A stretch of DNA of 35,118 bases from Octopus bimaculoides (GCF_001194135.2 NC_069000.1:18945927-18981044); one strand, 5' to 3'; positions 1 through 11,358 are shown, numbered from the stretch's first letter. The notes: generated by a model not told the origin, from the letters alone. Numbers and translations are program-made.

Positions 1-442
1 GACCTGTTGAGGCAAGTGAAAGCAAAACCAAACTAAATTTGCTGACTGGCCCACATGCCAACGTCTCCTTCATTGGACACTAAACTTGGCTAGCGAAAGT
101 GAAATCGTGATGGCACCTGTACCAGTGGAGCGCTAAGAGCACCGTTCAAGCATGATTGTTACCAGCGTCGCCTTTCTGGCACATAGAAAGTCATTCGAGC
201 AAGATCGTTGCCAGTGCCCCTGGACTGTGCAAGTGGCACGTAAAATACACCATTTTGAGCGTGGCTGTTGCCAGTACCGCCTGACTGGCCTTCGTGCCGG
301 TGGCACATAAAAGCACCCACTACACTCTCAGAGTGGTTGGCGTTAGGAAGGGCATCCAGCTGTAGAAACTCTGCCAGATCAGATTGGAGCCTGGTGTAGC
401 CATCTGGTTCACCAGTCCTCAGTCAATCGTCCAACCCATGCT
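1..442 (+). repeat. RTE-LINE 3' UTR / tail-type interspersed repeat, truncated by gap
   Basis: Shares AAAAGCACCC...GGTTGGCGTTAGGAAGGGCATCCAGC...TCCAACCCATGCT with copies at 4722, 8125, 9051, 15000, 19720, 33790 and 34929. At 33540-33996 the same sequence directly follows an RTE RT C-terminus. Confidence 0.85.
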
Positions 443-781
443 NNNNNNNNNNNNNNNNNNNNNNNNNNNNNNNNNNNNNNNNNNNNNNNNNNNNNNNNNN
501 NNNNNNNNNNNNNNNNNNNNNNNNNNNNNNNNNNNNNNNNNNNNNNNNNNNNNNNNNNNNNNNNNNNNNNNNNNNNNNNNNNNNNNNNNNNNNNNNNNNN
601 NNNNNNNNNNNNNNNNNNNNNNNNNNNNNNNNNNNNNNNNNNNNNNNNNNNNNNNNNNNNNNNNNNNNNNNNNNNNNNNNNNNNNNNNNNNNNNNNNNNN
701 NNNNNNNNNNNNNNNNNNNNNNNNNNNNNNNNNNNNNNNNNNNNNNNNNNNNNNNNNNNNNNNNNNNNNNNNNNNNNNNNN
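443..781. other. Assembly gap (N run)
   Basis: Run of N. Confidence 1.
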
Positions 782-1089
782 TATATACATATATATATGT
801 ACTGACTTAAAAGCCACATGATAGGGCAGCTTTTAAGCTAGCTCCTGCAGAGAGCTCTTCATTGGGCCTTAGTCCCAACAATATCACTTCATGCATCGAG
901 TACATATTAAATTGTATTAAACTTGAACAATATTTTTCAAGCAATGATCAATTTTCCTCAAAACAATGATATAATTTGTCGACTTGGAAGTAATTGCAAA
1001 GCTGCATGATAAACAACAATTTTTGTCTTCCCATTCAGGGGTCAGTACAATTTTTTTTTGTCTAACCTTGTTCTTTGTCTCTCTCTCTT

Positions 1090-1390
1090 TCTGTTGATTG
1101 TTTTCACAATCACCACCACCATCGTCACCACAACTGCCATACACATACAATTCAGACTTTTGATGCCACCACCATCAATACCTTTGACTTCACTGCCTTC
1201 CCCTCCACCACCATCACCCGTCTTTCACACCGCTTACTATCACCATTGTCCCTAACTGCTTCAGCTACCCCTACCACCAGCATCATCACCTATCACAACT
1301 ACAGCTCATGCTATTACTATCAACCCGTTACCATCACAACTGTCAATCTTCTACCGTCTCTATGCCCAATATTACTCTCATCTCAACATG
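1090..1390 (+). repeat. Degenerate (CAC/CAT)n low-complexity tract
   Basis: Repeated caccaccat/cactac units; explains the His/Thr/Pro-rich spurious ORFs at 1058-1398. Confidence 0.7.
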
Positions 1391-1946
1391 AGCAATAGTA
1401 GGAGTGTCAATGAATAGCGAGAGACAGCGTCAAAGTGTGACACAAAGAAATTAGTTTTTGCATTTATTATATTATATATATATATCAATCGTCTTCATAA
1501 AAGTATATAAACATTTATAATTAGGTTTCAAAGAGTAAAAGAAATATATTTATATATACTAGAATGATGGCAAGTGTCTCTTTCAGTAGTAATAATGATC
1601 CACTTATATATGAATAACATTTTTTTTTCATCCCGTAAAAGATTATATCAAAACCACACATTTCAGAACTCAATCTAATTCTTGCAAATTAATTTTTGTT
1701 GAAAAGGAAAATGTTTTTCCTTGTCTTTTATCCTTGTCTATTCATAGTTTTATTAACCCTATTTCAAGACAATTTCAGAATAATAACTACCAAATACTTA
1801 TTTTAATAACATTGAGTTACTGCTAATCAAGAAACAAAAAGGCATTATCAACCGACAGAAACAGAACATGTAGTTGTAAAACATTTCTCTGATTTTTCTA
1901 TAAGAAAATAACTTCAAGTTCACTTAAGAGATCTAGTTGCATCATA

Positions 1947-2790
1947 TGAGGTGCATTTAAGAAGTCTCTGACTTTATTTTTCCCACGAAAACTAATGATG
2001 CAGGGGGAAAATCCTTTGGGTGAGAGGTGACGCTACTGTTTCTGTGAATGCATGACAATTTTCGTGCTGGTAGGCTGTGTAAGTTCCCAGTTGTTATGTC
2101 TAGACTACACTTGTTGGATTTTTGTTTTCACTGAATGCAACACACAGAGATATTGCATTAAGTTTTGCCAAAAGCTTGGTGATACTCAAACTTAAACCAT
2201 CCAGAAGATTCAGCAGGCCTCTGGCAATGATGCCATGGTCAGCCAGCCCCACCTCAGTGGAGAGTGTGGTATGCTCAGGCAGGCCACCCACAAGCCAAAA
2301 TGAGGGGCTAATTGAGAAAGTTCAGTCAATAGTCATGGAAGACATTTGTGTAACAATCCAAGAAATTGTTCATGAAGTGAGAATAAACACAGGGTCAGAA
2401 CATTCCATTTTCATAGAAGATTTGTGCATAAAGAGAATGTTAGTGAAGTTCATCTCCAAGGTGCTAGCAGAGCAGCAGAAGCAACTCTGCATGGAAATCA
2501 CTCAGGACATGCTGGACTGTATAAACCATAACTCAGACTTCATGAAGACCATCATTACTGGAGATGAGACATAGATTTATAGTCTCTGCTTGATGCACTC
2601 AGTCATTTTGCATGAAAACAAAAATCCGACGAGCACACACGTGTACCCTAGGCGTAACAGCTGGGAACAGATGCAGCCTACCAGTGTGAAGATTTTCACA
2701 CATGTGCAGGAAGCACCTAAAGGATTTTGTGCACAAGGCACTAGTTTTGGCAGGATAAAATAAAGTCAGATACTTTATGAAAGCACCTTG
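1947..2790 (+). mobile_element. Mariner (Tc1/mariner) DNA transposon, internally deleted, TA-flanked
   Basis: TA|TGAGGTGCATTTAAGAAGTCTCTGAC at the 5' end and GTCAGATACTTTATGAAAGCACCTTG|TA at the 3' end form imperfect ~26-bp TIRs with TA on both sides. A transposase remnant lies between them. Confidence 0.9.
2122..2574 (+). pseudogene. Mariner transposase remnant (HTH region to first catalytic Asp)
   Basis: Frameshifted RYCIKFCQKLG, then SGRP, EIVHEVRI..GS.H.I..EDL, KFISKVLAEQQKQ and DFMKTIITGDET, followed by a stop. The rest of the DD34D domain is missing. Confidence 0.88.
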
Positions 2791-3626
2791 TATAGTCCAA
2801 TATATTAGTCAAATAGATATGCAACAAGAAAATCTGGTTTCAAAATCATTAATGTATTGCTTTGAAATGCTAATCATTATTATGGGGGAAAAAAAATGAA
2901 GGTAAGAAAAAGCAACAGTACTACATTTTGTTAAATGTGTACAATTTGAAACAATACGAAATCATACACTTCTGCATTCTTACATTCTGGGAACTTATTT
3001 TTTAAAAACTCAAAAATAGTCATAATCATAAGAGAAAGGTGATTATATTCTGAAGAAGTAATTTTCTGTTAAAAATTTATCAGAAATCAAAAAGCAAATT
3101 TATATAAAAAAAAAGAATAAATGTTTAAACATATTGAAGGTTCAAATTCCATAATAGTTTCAATTTATTATATAAAATAGATATTTCTAAAGAATGTGTT
3201 CATTTCTGCATTTTTAAGTGTCAACAGCTAATGTCACCTTTATGACACTTCCCTTTTGGATAAAATAATTATATTATAGGTTTCCATCACTTCAATTCAA
3301 ATTCTGTAGTCTCACCAACCAGAATGTTGAAATAAGTGAAGCATTTTCTTACTATATATGCATTATTCTAAATTTGGAAATTACTTAATAAAGCCAACAT
3401 TCCTTTCTGTTTATGCTAGCAATAATATATAAAAAAAAAAAAAAAAAAAAATAAATATGAATCAATATTTTATTGAATCATACAATACACACATATACAT
3501 ATATATTGTACATTTATGTGTACACACACACTCACAACAATTCAAATAACTATAGCAGCTTTATATTAACCCTTTTTTTTTTATAGTCTAGCATAAAAAG
3601 CAATATTCAAAAGAAGATGAACCTAC

Positions 3627-3654
3627 CTGATAGATTTGTTTAGGAAACCCCAAT
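3627..3654 (-). CDS. Candidate 28-nt micro-exon of an unidentified host gene
   Basis: On the minus strand: long T tract, ttaatttgcag|ATTGGGGTTTCCTAAACAAATCTATCAG|gtaggt. Strong acceptor and donor. Open in two frames (WGFLNKSI or LGFPKQIYQ). Confidence 0.4.
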
Positions 3655-4721
3655 CTGCAAATTAAGAAAAAAAAAAAAAATTCTGTACTTATTTGCTGGA
3701 ACTAATATTCATGTAACAGATTTTATATACCTTGCAAACCATCAAATCAAAACATCAGTAAACATATAGCAGGATTGTAGAGTGCAAATTCTTATATTCT
3801 CAACATTTTCCATTAATTTAGAATTTTAACCCAAATCCCAAAATACAGGTTTCATTAAATGAACAAGAAATAATACAATTTGTTACCTATATTACCTTAA
3901 TTTTAAATAATCTTTGGAATTTTTTTTTTGTCATAAATGTTTTAAGACAATAATTATATGATAAAAGAATTTTAAATTAAAGCAATTATTTAGTTGTTAA
4001 GCAGGAGATTAATTAAATAATGATTAACTATTGAGATATTCATTTGGATTAGTTCCAAATTCATGTTAATAGTAACAAGTTAAGTTTTCTAATTTTAGAA
4101 TAAATGCAAACCTGCAAGCATAAATATAAGGAAATGCAGAAAATTGCCTAAGTTAATGGAAAAGTAAATTGCTTTGTTATTGATAATCCATTTTATAATC
4201 ATAGTGTATAAAGTTATATATATTCTTTGATAGAAAAATTAAAATATATTGAAATGTGAAATTGTTCAGTAAGTATAAGTTCTTTTGTGTAGAAAAATAC
4301 ATAACCACTTGACCTTCTTTGAAAGTTGGAAAACTATTTGGTAAATTCAGACTTATGTACGTCTTTCCCTATGTGTATTTCAAATATGTAAGAGGAACTT
4401 ATAGACTGGATAACACCTCCCTCTAAATCCATCCTATGCTCACAACTTCTCCTTATAATAATAACACTGCATCACATTCTATACAGTCTACATTAAACAA
4501 TTTGCCCTGTATTATGGGAACAAATCAACATGCAGATATGAATAATTACTCAATGAATATGTTTAAATATAGATATAACACAATTTTGATGACATCTGAG
4601 TTCAGCTGACACCAGTATTTTAAAAATCATTAAAAAAACAAAGAGGGAGAGAAAAATCAAATATCTTAAAATTCAAAACAGTAACAATTTCTCCACAGCA
4701 GAAGTGTTAAGACCAGTCCTT

Positions 4722-4902
4722 CTGGTGGTGCCACGTAAAAGCACCCAGCACACTCTGTAAAGTGATTGGCATTAGGAAGGGCATCCAGCCATAGAAATCA
4801 TGCCAAATCAGACAGGAGTCTGGTGAAGCTCTCCAGCTTGCTAGCTCTGGTCAAACTCTCAAATCCATGCCAGCATGGACAACAGATCTTAAATGATGAT
4901 GA
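4722..4902 (+). repeat. RTE-type 3' tail repeat copy (older)
   Basis: GTGCCACGTAAAAGCACC...AGGAAGGGCATCCAGCC...CCATGCCAGCATGG...GATGATGA. Confidence 0.8.
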
Positions 4903-5974
4903 AGATTCCTAGATTTGTTATTAACTGCTATCATAATTACCACCTTTAACAACCAAACCAACACCTCATTCTCTGCTACCTTTGTGAACAAAATCTCATT
5001 ATAATGATGCTTAATATTCTAGAAATTTAATGGCCAATAACAAGGTGTGGGGAAACCAACATTCTTTTATGCTGCATCCTTAAAATTTCCTGCTTTAAAT
5101 TCAAAATTCCTTATTAGGAAATATCTTTTTGCTTTCTTAGTGCACATGCACACACACACACACACACACAAACAATAAGCAATCAGTCATACTCAGTTTT
5201 GTGTTCTGTAGGGTTTGCTCAAGATACATCATATCACTTTTGCTTTTTAAAATACAGTGGTTTCAAGTATTCTTATTATCCTATTACATCACATAAGTAC
5301 ATGCTATATCATTAGACACCTCCCATCTGCCAAAAAAAAAAAAAATTATAAAAAGTATAGCAGTAACAGGGAAAAATGTTATGAACATGTCAAGACTAGC
5401 ATTGTCAATTTTAAAAACTGTAATGAATTAATAAGTCTGACAAAACAAAAAATTGCCATGCAAAATTCAAGAGAGCACAAAGCTTGTAAACTACAGGCAT
5501 ACTCAATAAAACCATGGGAAATACAGAAAAAGTGTTTGGGTAGATGCTATGCCATAGCATCACTCACCATTTCCCCAATATATTATCCAGTAAAATGAGA
5601 TAAATTTATTTAAAAAGTTGAAACAAGAAACTGAGGAAGTCACTCAAACATTTCTTGTTTCCCATGAAAAGTTCAAAGAATGGTTTAATTGCCACAGAAT
5701 TTGCATAACGGGGGTGTCAGCAAATGTTGACATTCAGACTGGGTTGAAATTTCCATCACAATTATAAAAAGAGGTAAATTCTAACAAATTTAGTTTTTAA
5801 AGTAAACAAATGTGGGCTATTTTGGGAATGCTTAGCTTCTCAGCATAATATTGTCTCACATTTGTTGTTAAAAGTAAATGCCACTGGAAACTTAAGCTAT
5901 TGACAGACATGCATACATGTAGTATATTTAAGCTGGCCAAAAGTAACAGGCTACTAGATGGCCAATGATACAGC

Positions 5975-6050
5975 ATTGTGGCTCACTGGATCCTGTCAAA
6001 CTGTCCAACTCATGCCAACATGGAAAATGGACATTAAGTGATGATGATGA
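5975..6050 (+). repeat. 5'-truncated RTE-type tail with (GAT)n
   Basis: CTGTCCAACTCATGCCAACATGGAAAATGGACATTAAGTGATGATGATGA. Confidence 0.7.
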
Positions 6051-6134
6051 TTGTTACTTCATGCCTGTCTGTTTGTTGATCAATCAATCAACTTATCTAT
6101 CTACAAACATACATACAAAAAAAAAAAATGGTGG

Positions 6135-7375
6135 GCCAAACTCTCCTTTTACAAGACAATATCCCAGAATGCATTTGCAGTACCAGTGCTGATTCCAATA
6201 TTTGGAGTACTTGACTGGTCTGTAGAAGAAATCCACTCCATAGACATTAAAACCCACAAGATTTTAACATCAACTGAAAATCTCTACAGAAATAGTGATA
6301 TTGACAGGCTCTACCTAAGAAGAGATAAAGGAAGTGAAGGCTTGAGATCAGTGCAGACAGCCTTCGAATGTTGCATAGTCTCTCTCAGACAGCACTTGCT
6401 AAACAACAGCAGCAGAAATAAATACATTAACAGTGGTGGAAACAGAAGAAAACTATATCCTGTGTGTTGGAAGTGAGCTCCCAAGAAAGTATTCTCTTCC
6501 TGATGACCTCCCATACAACCCCTATTTAGCCAGACAAGCATACCTGAAAGAAGACTTGGAGGTGAAATGCTCAACATACCAGAAAAAGACCATGCATGGG
6601 TAGGTTTCTTGTAGACTCGAAGAAGATAGTAACATTGACATGAAGCAAAGCCTCTCTTGAACTCCTGACCGCTACATCACATCACACTTTGAAGATCATG
6701 CATTTGCAATTCTAGGACAGGAGATTGTTACTAAATACCTAATGAACAAAAGAGACAGTGAAACCCTTGGAGTTCCAAGATGCAACTGAAAATGTAGATT
6801 ATGTCATATTTTTGTAGAAGACATCACACATGTGATTAACAGCTTCCCAAAAATGTCATCAAGATACTACCTCCCTATGCAACATGATGCAGCAAAAACA
6901 ATATACAATGCCATTCAGAAAAAAGACTGTCCGGGAATAAATATAGACAATTTCACTGTTACTGAATGCATACACAAATTCCAGCACAAGGAAATGCTGG
7001 TGGAACACTCTCATCAAAAACATCTGTGAAGTGTAAGCATAACAGGCCAGATATTGTTGTTTGGGACAGACAAGAAAAAGTATGTACCATCATAGAGGTC
7101 AGCTGTCCTGCTGATGTGAATATCTCTTTGAAAATCAAAGAGAAAGAGGATAACTATTGACAACTGCTTTGAAACTTTCAGCTTCTATATCCAGATTAGA
7201 AATTTACATTTACACCAATAATAATTGGAGTACTTGGTTTTGTAAGTAAATGCCTAACTGTCAGTCTGAATAAGCTTGGATTTTCAGAAAAAGGAAATCA
7301 ACCAACTGATTCACACATTACAAATACAATCTGTAAGCAGAATGGTAAAAGTATGTAAGACTTTTCTCAGGTTTA
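6135..7375 (+). mobile_element. R4/Dong-like non-LTR retrotransposon (RLE type), 5'-truncated and decayed
   Basis: Broken frames give FAVPVLIPIFGVLDWS..EI..IDIKT, SDIDRLYLRRDKG.EGL, MHG, a zinc-knuckle relic (CRLC..EDITHVI..FPKMSSRYYLPMQHD), the restriction-like endonuclease motif NRPDIVVWD..IIEVSCP.D.N...K.KEK..Y, and PIIIGVLG. Confidence 0.85.
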
Positions 7376-7712
7376 ATTATCTACATTCCAGATATGGAGC
7401 TTTGTACCTTTGTTACAATTCCTTTTTTAGAGGAAGAATTTAAATGAATAAATACAGAAGAGACCTACATAAACAACAAATGCAACAGATTTGGTAGACA
7501 GAGATTCAAAGAAGCTTGTTGTATGTATGTCTATGTATGAGTGCATGTGTTTTGTGTTTATATTTGCAATTTTCTGAGCATTATGCAGCAATGAGTCACC
7601 TGCTGGATTTGTGCCTTCAAACACTTGTAAAATAAGATATCTCTTCCATAAAATATAGGTAAGGGTTACCAACAGGAATAGCACCTGGCTGGAAAACAAT
7701 ATCTTGATAATA

Positions 7713-8060
7713 TTGGGTCAACTCATAAATAATGTGGTTTTTTTTCTATTGCATGAAGTCGGAGGGAGACGGGATAAACTACCTGCATCAATTTGTACCT
7801 TCTACTTATTCTTAGTGCAAGTTTTGAAGAGTGCAGTTATTTTTCAAATCAATAATGGAAGTGACAAAGGAGCATATTTGGCATATTTTGCTTTATGAGT
7901 TCAATAAAGGCAACAATGCAACGGAAAGTACAGGGAATATTAATGCAGTATATGGGGATCAGACAATAAGTGTAAGGCCTCTTTCTTTGACCTCACACAT
8001 CAAGAAAATCGTGGAACACATTGTGAGAGGGAATCAGATTACATTCCTAGAAAAAAATCA
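7713..8060 (+). mobile_element. Mariner relic (5' TIR and transposase N-terminus)
   Basis: TA|TTGGGTCAACTCATAAATAATGTGGTTTTTTTTC resembles a mariner TIR. ATG at 7855 begins MEVTKEHIWHILLYEFNKGNNATE..NINAVYG, a Mos1-like N-terminal HTH. The 3' boundary is uncertain. Confidence 0.75.
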
Positions 8061-8124
8061 CCGATATGTAGTATGGTTTCAGTCCATAAAGAAGCTACCT
8101 TGAGAAGACTCGTCAAGCCAAGGC

Positions 8125-8337
8125 TGATGCTGGTGTCACATAACTGGCACCCGTGCCAGTGGTATGTAAAAAGTACCCATTACACTTTTGGAGTGATTGG
8201 CGTTAGGAAGGGCATCCAGCCATAGAAACCAAGCCAAATCAGATTGGAACTTGTGAGCTCACCAGCTTACCAGTTTCAGTCAAACCACCTAACTCATGCC
8301 AGCATAGAAAGCAGATGCTAAATGATGATGATGATAT
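8125..8337 (+). repeat. RTE-type 3' tail repeat copy
   Basis: GTGCCAGTGGTATGTAAAAAGTACC...GGCGTTAGGAAGGGCATCCAGCC...CATGCCAGCAT...GATGATGATGAT, followed by (AT)n. Confidence 0.8.
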
Positions 8338-8344
8338 ATATATA

Positions 8345-9040
8345 TAAAATGAAGGTAATGCAAGTTGGGAAACAAGTAGAAGGTGTACCAGTGAAAGTTG
8401 GACAAGAACCAGTTGAAGAAGTTACAAGCTTCACATACATGGGAAGCATAGTAACAAGCAACAGTGATGTAGAGACAGACGTAAATTTCAGAATTGGCAG
8501 AGGCAGTGGCAGTATTCAGAAGACTGACAACACTTTGGTGTAGCAGTAACATAAGTATAGAGCTGAAGATTTGTCTGTACAAAACAACAATACTGCCAAT
8601 AGTGATCTATGCAGCTGAAACTTGGAAGATGACAGCAAAAATCATCTGCCAATTCAAAGTATTTCATCAGAGTACCTCAGAAAGATCCTAAGAATCACTT
8701 ATCGAGACAGAGTGACAAATGAAGCCATTCTTCAAGCAGCAAGAGTAAGGCCTCCACATGCAATTGTAACTGAATGATGAATGAGAATGACTGGACACAT
8801 ACCAATTCTGCTAGAGGAGAGGCTTGCCAAAACAGCCATGGGCTGGATGCCGCTGGAAAGTAAGAGAAAAAGAGGCAAGCCAAGAAAAAGAGACATGGAA
8901 TAGTACCTTCAAAGAAGGCCTATGCAGACTGAATATCACCTGGGAAGAAGCATACCGATTGGCGAGAGACAGAGATAACTGGCAATTACTAACTGCCTGA
9001 TGTGCCACTGAAAGGCGCCAATGGAACTCTGAAGAAGATG
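8345..9040 (+). mobile_element. RTE-clade LINE RT C-terminal fragment (separate subfamily, GAA-type tail)
   Basis: VEEVTSFTYMGS, RIG.A..VFRRL..LW, LYKTTILPIVIYAAETW, LRKILRITYRDRVTNEAIL, KRKRGKPR and LARDRDNW across frameshifts; ends GAAGAAGATGAT. Confidence 0.88.
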
Positions 9041-9050
9041 ATTTATATCT

Positions 9051-9270
9051 ATCATCATCATCGTTTAACGTCCGCTTTCCATGCTAGCATGGGTTGGACG
9101 ATTTGACTGAGGACTGGTGAAACCGGATGGCAACACCAGGCTCCAGTCTGATTTGGCAGAGTTTCTACAGCTGGATGCCCTTCCTAACGCCAACCACTCA
9201 GAGAGTGTAGTGGGTGCTTTTACGTGTCACCCGCACGAAAACGGCCACGCTCGAAATGGTGTCTTTTATG
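9051..9270 (-). repeat. RTE-type 3' tail repeat copy (young), truncated by gap
   Basis: Reverse complement of the tail, beginning (CAT)n CGTTTAACGTCCGCTTTCCATGCTAGCATGG. Appears identical to 34929-35118 over the shared length. Confidence 0.9.
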
Positions 9271-10243
9271 NNNNNNNNNNNNNNNNNNNNNNNNNNNNNN
9301 NNNNNNNNNNNNNNNNNNNNNNNNNNNNNNNNNNNNNNNNNNNNNNNNNNNNNNNNNNNNNNNNNNNNNNNNNNNNNNNNNNNNNNNNNNNNNNNNNNNN
9401 NNNNNNNNNNNNNNNNNNNNNNNNNNNNNNNNNNNNNNNNNNNNNNNNNNNNNNNNNNNNNNNNNNNNNNNNNNNNNNNNNNNNNNNNNNNNNNNNNNNN
9501 NNNNNNNNNNNNNNNNNNNNNNNNNNNNNNNNNNNNNNNNNNNNNNNNNNNNNNNNNNNNNNNNNNNNNNNNNNNNNNNNNNNNNNNNNNNNNNNNNNNN
9601 NNNNNNNNNNNNNNNNNNNNNNNNNNNNNNNNNNNNNNNNNNNNNNNNNNNNNNNNNNNNNNNNNNNNNNNNNNNNNNNNNNNNNNNNNNNNNNNNNNNN
9701 NNNNNNNNNNNNNNNNNNNNNNNNNNNNNNNNNNNNNNNNNNNNNNNNNNNNNNNNNNNNNNNNNNNNNNNNNNNNNNNNNNNNNNNNNNNNNNNNNNNN
9801 NNNNNNNNNNNNNNNNNNNNNNNNNNNNNNNNNNNNNNNNNNNNNNNNNNNNNNNNNNNNNNNNNNNNNNNNNNNNNNNNNNNNNNNNNNNNNNNNNNNN
9901 NNNNNNNNNNNNNNNNNNNNNNNNNNNNNNNNNNNNNNNNNNNNNNNNNNNNNNNNNNNNNNNNNNNNNNNNNNNNNNNNNNNNNNNNNNNNNNNNNNNN
10001 NNNNNNNNNNNNNNNNNNNNNNNNNNNNNNNNNNNNNNNNNNNNNNNNNNNNNNNNNNNNNNNNNNNNNNNNNNNNNNNNNNNNNNNNNNNNNNNNNNNN
10101 NNNNNNNNNNNNNNNNNNNNNNNNNNNNNNNNNNNNNNNNNNNNNNNNNNNNNNNNNNNNNNNNNNNNNNNNNNNNNNNNNNNNNNNNNNNNNNNNNNNN
10201 NNNNNNNNNNNNNNNNNNNNNNNNNNNNNNNNNNNNNNNNNNN
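9271..10243. other. Assembly gap (N run)
   Basis: Run of N. Confidence 1.
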
Positions 10244-10244
10244 G

Positions 10245-10532
10245 CTATAGAAATGCTTGTGCAAAACAACTTTTTGCGCTGCCCTGATTATACATAGCAG
10301 GGTAATTCCTTTTCGCATAAGATAGGACAGCAATTTGTGATGAAGCAATTGCTGGTGATCTGTTGCTACACAGTTCTGCCAGAATTCTATCAGATTGGGC
10401 AGTAGATGTTGATGCACCATTTTGCATTATGTTCAAAGTAGCTTCTGGAATGTGGTGAATTGCTGCAGTCTGATGCTGTCTTTTTAAACCGGTTGCTTTC
10501 TTTCCCCAGCAAGCTCTCTTCTTTGGAGGCAT
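10245..10532 (-). CDS. 95-aa ORF (MPPKKRACWGKK...), possible N-terminus of a Helitron-encoded protein
   Basis: ATG 3 nt after ttgttctgtttaatatatacatag (acceptor-like). The basic N-terminus resembles the starts of Helitron Rep-Hel proteins (from memory). No catalytic motif is present. Confidence 0.3.
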   Translation of the reverse strand: MPPKKRACWGKKATGLKRQHQTAAIHHIPEATLNIMQNGASTSTAQSDRILAELCSNRSPAIASSQIAVLSYAKRNYPAMYNQGSAKSCFAQAFL

Positions 10533-10639
10533 AATCTATGTATATATTAAACAGAACAACAAAAGTTATAATAGATAGCAGGGTGGGTAGTTTTCACATT
10601 TCTGTAATTTTTTCAGATTAACACCTGCATGATTACCCA

Positions 10640-10695
10640 ACCCTAAACCTAAAACCCTAACCCTAAAATCCTAACACTAACCCTAATCGTAACCG
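10640..10695 (+). repeat. Degenerate interstitial (CCCTAA)n telomere-like tract
   Basis: CCCTAAACCTAAAACCCTAACCCTAAAATCCTAACACTAACCCTAATCGTAACC. Confidence 0.8.
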
Positions 10696-10730
10696 TAGTG
10701 AAAATCGTGGTATATTTACAAAACATTGAC

Positions 10731-11358
10731 GGCATAACTACAGAGTTGTACCCGCCGACTTTGGAAGGTCATAACTTTCAGAAAAATGAATATTTTTTTA
10801 ATGAAATTTTCTATGCATATATCATTTATTATGTAGATTCCGAATATACAAAAATTTTCGGTGAAAGTGTTTTGGGAGGGGGTGGCTGACAATTTTCGGA
10901 AATTCCACTTAAATTCCAGGAAAATGAATATTTTTTCGTGAAATTTTCTACAAATATACCTTGATGTATGTACATTTCGAGCATATAAGANNNNNNNNNN
11001 NNNNNNNNNNNNNNNNNNNNNNNNNNNNNNNNNNNNNNNNNNNNNNNNNNNNNNNNNNNNNNNNNNNNNNNNNNNNNNNNNNNNNNNNNNNNNNNNNNNN
11101 NNNNNNNNNNNNNNNNNNNNNNNNNNNNNNNNNNNNNNNNNNNNNNNNNNNNNNNNNNNNNNNNNNNNNNNNNNNNNNNNNNNNNNNNNNNNAACACTTC
11201 TCCAAAATTGCCCCCCCCCTCCCCAAACACTTTCACCGAAAATTTTTGTATATCTACATAATAAATAATATTTGCATAGAAAATTTCATTTAAAAATATT
11301 CATTTTTCTGAAAGTTATGACCTTCCAAAGTCGCGGGGTATAACTTTGTAATTATGCC
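10731..11358. mobile_element. MITE / foldback element with ~150-bp TIRs and 8-bp TSD (Merlin-like by termini)
   Basis: ACATTGAC|GGCATAAC...GACTTTGGAAGGTCATAACTTTCAGAAAAATGAATA...GGGAGGGGG is mirrored by CCCCCTCCCC...TATTCATTTTTCTGAAAGTTATGACCTTCCAAAGTC...TTATGCC|ACATTGAC. TSD at 10723-10730 and 11359-11366. Confidence 0.88.
10991..11192. other. Assembly gap (N run) inside the MITE
   Basis: Run of N. Confidence 1.

Noticed and set aside
384-821. Long ORFs spanning N runs (also 9117-10420 and 10829-11293)
   Set aside because: Artefacts of translating assembly gaps.
1058-1398. His/Thr/Pro-rich ORFs
   Set aside because: Products of a degenerate (CAC/CAT)n tract; no splice or domain support.
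1400-1490. Helitron-like 5' end on the minus strand
   Set aside because: Only a short AT-rich resemblance, with no terminal TC and no 3' end found.
7688-7746. Minus-strand frame KKNHIIYELTQYYQDIVFQPG as an exon
   Set aside because: Its first part is the reverse complement of the mariner TIR at 7713.
9105-9140. CTGAGGA followed by a CTGG/CCGG hairpin in the RTE tail repeat as a hammerhead
   Set aside because: The GAAA falls inside the hairpin loop instead of after stem II, and no stem I or III closes. The same holds in the 19990 and 34975 copies.
10640-10695. True telomere or chromosome-fusion site
   Set aside because: Short, degenerate, single orientation, and embedded in a repeat.
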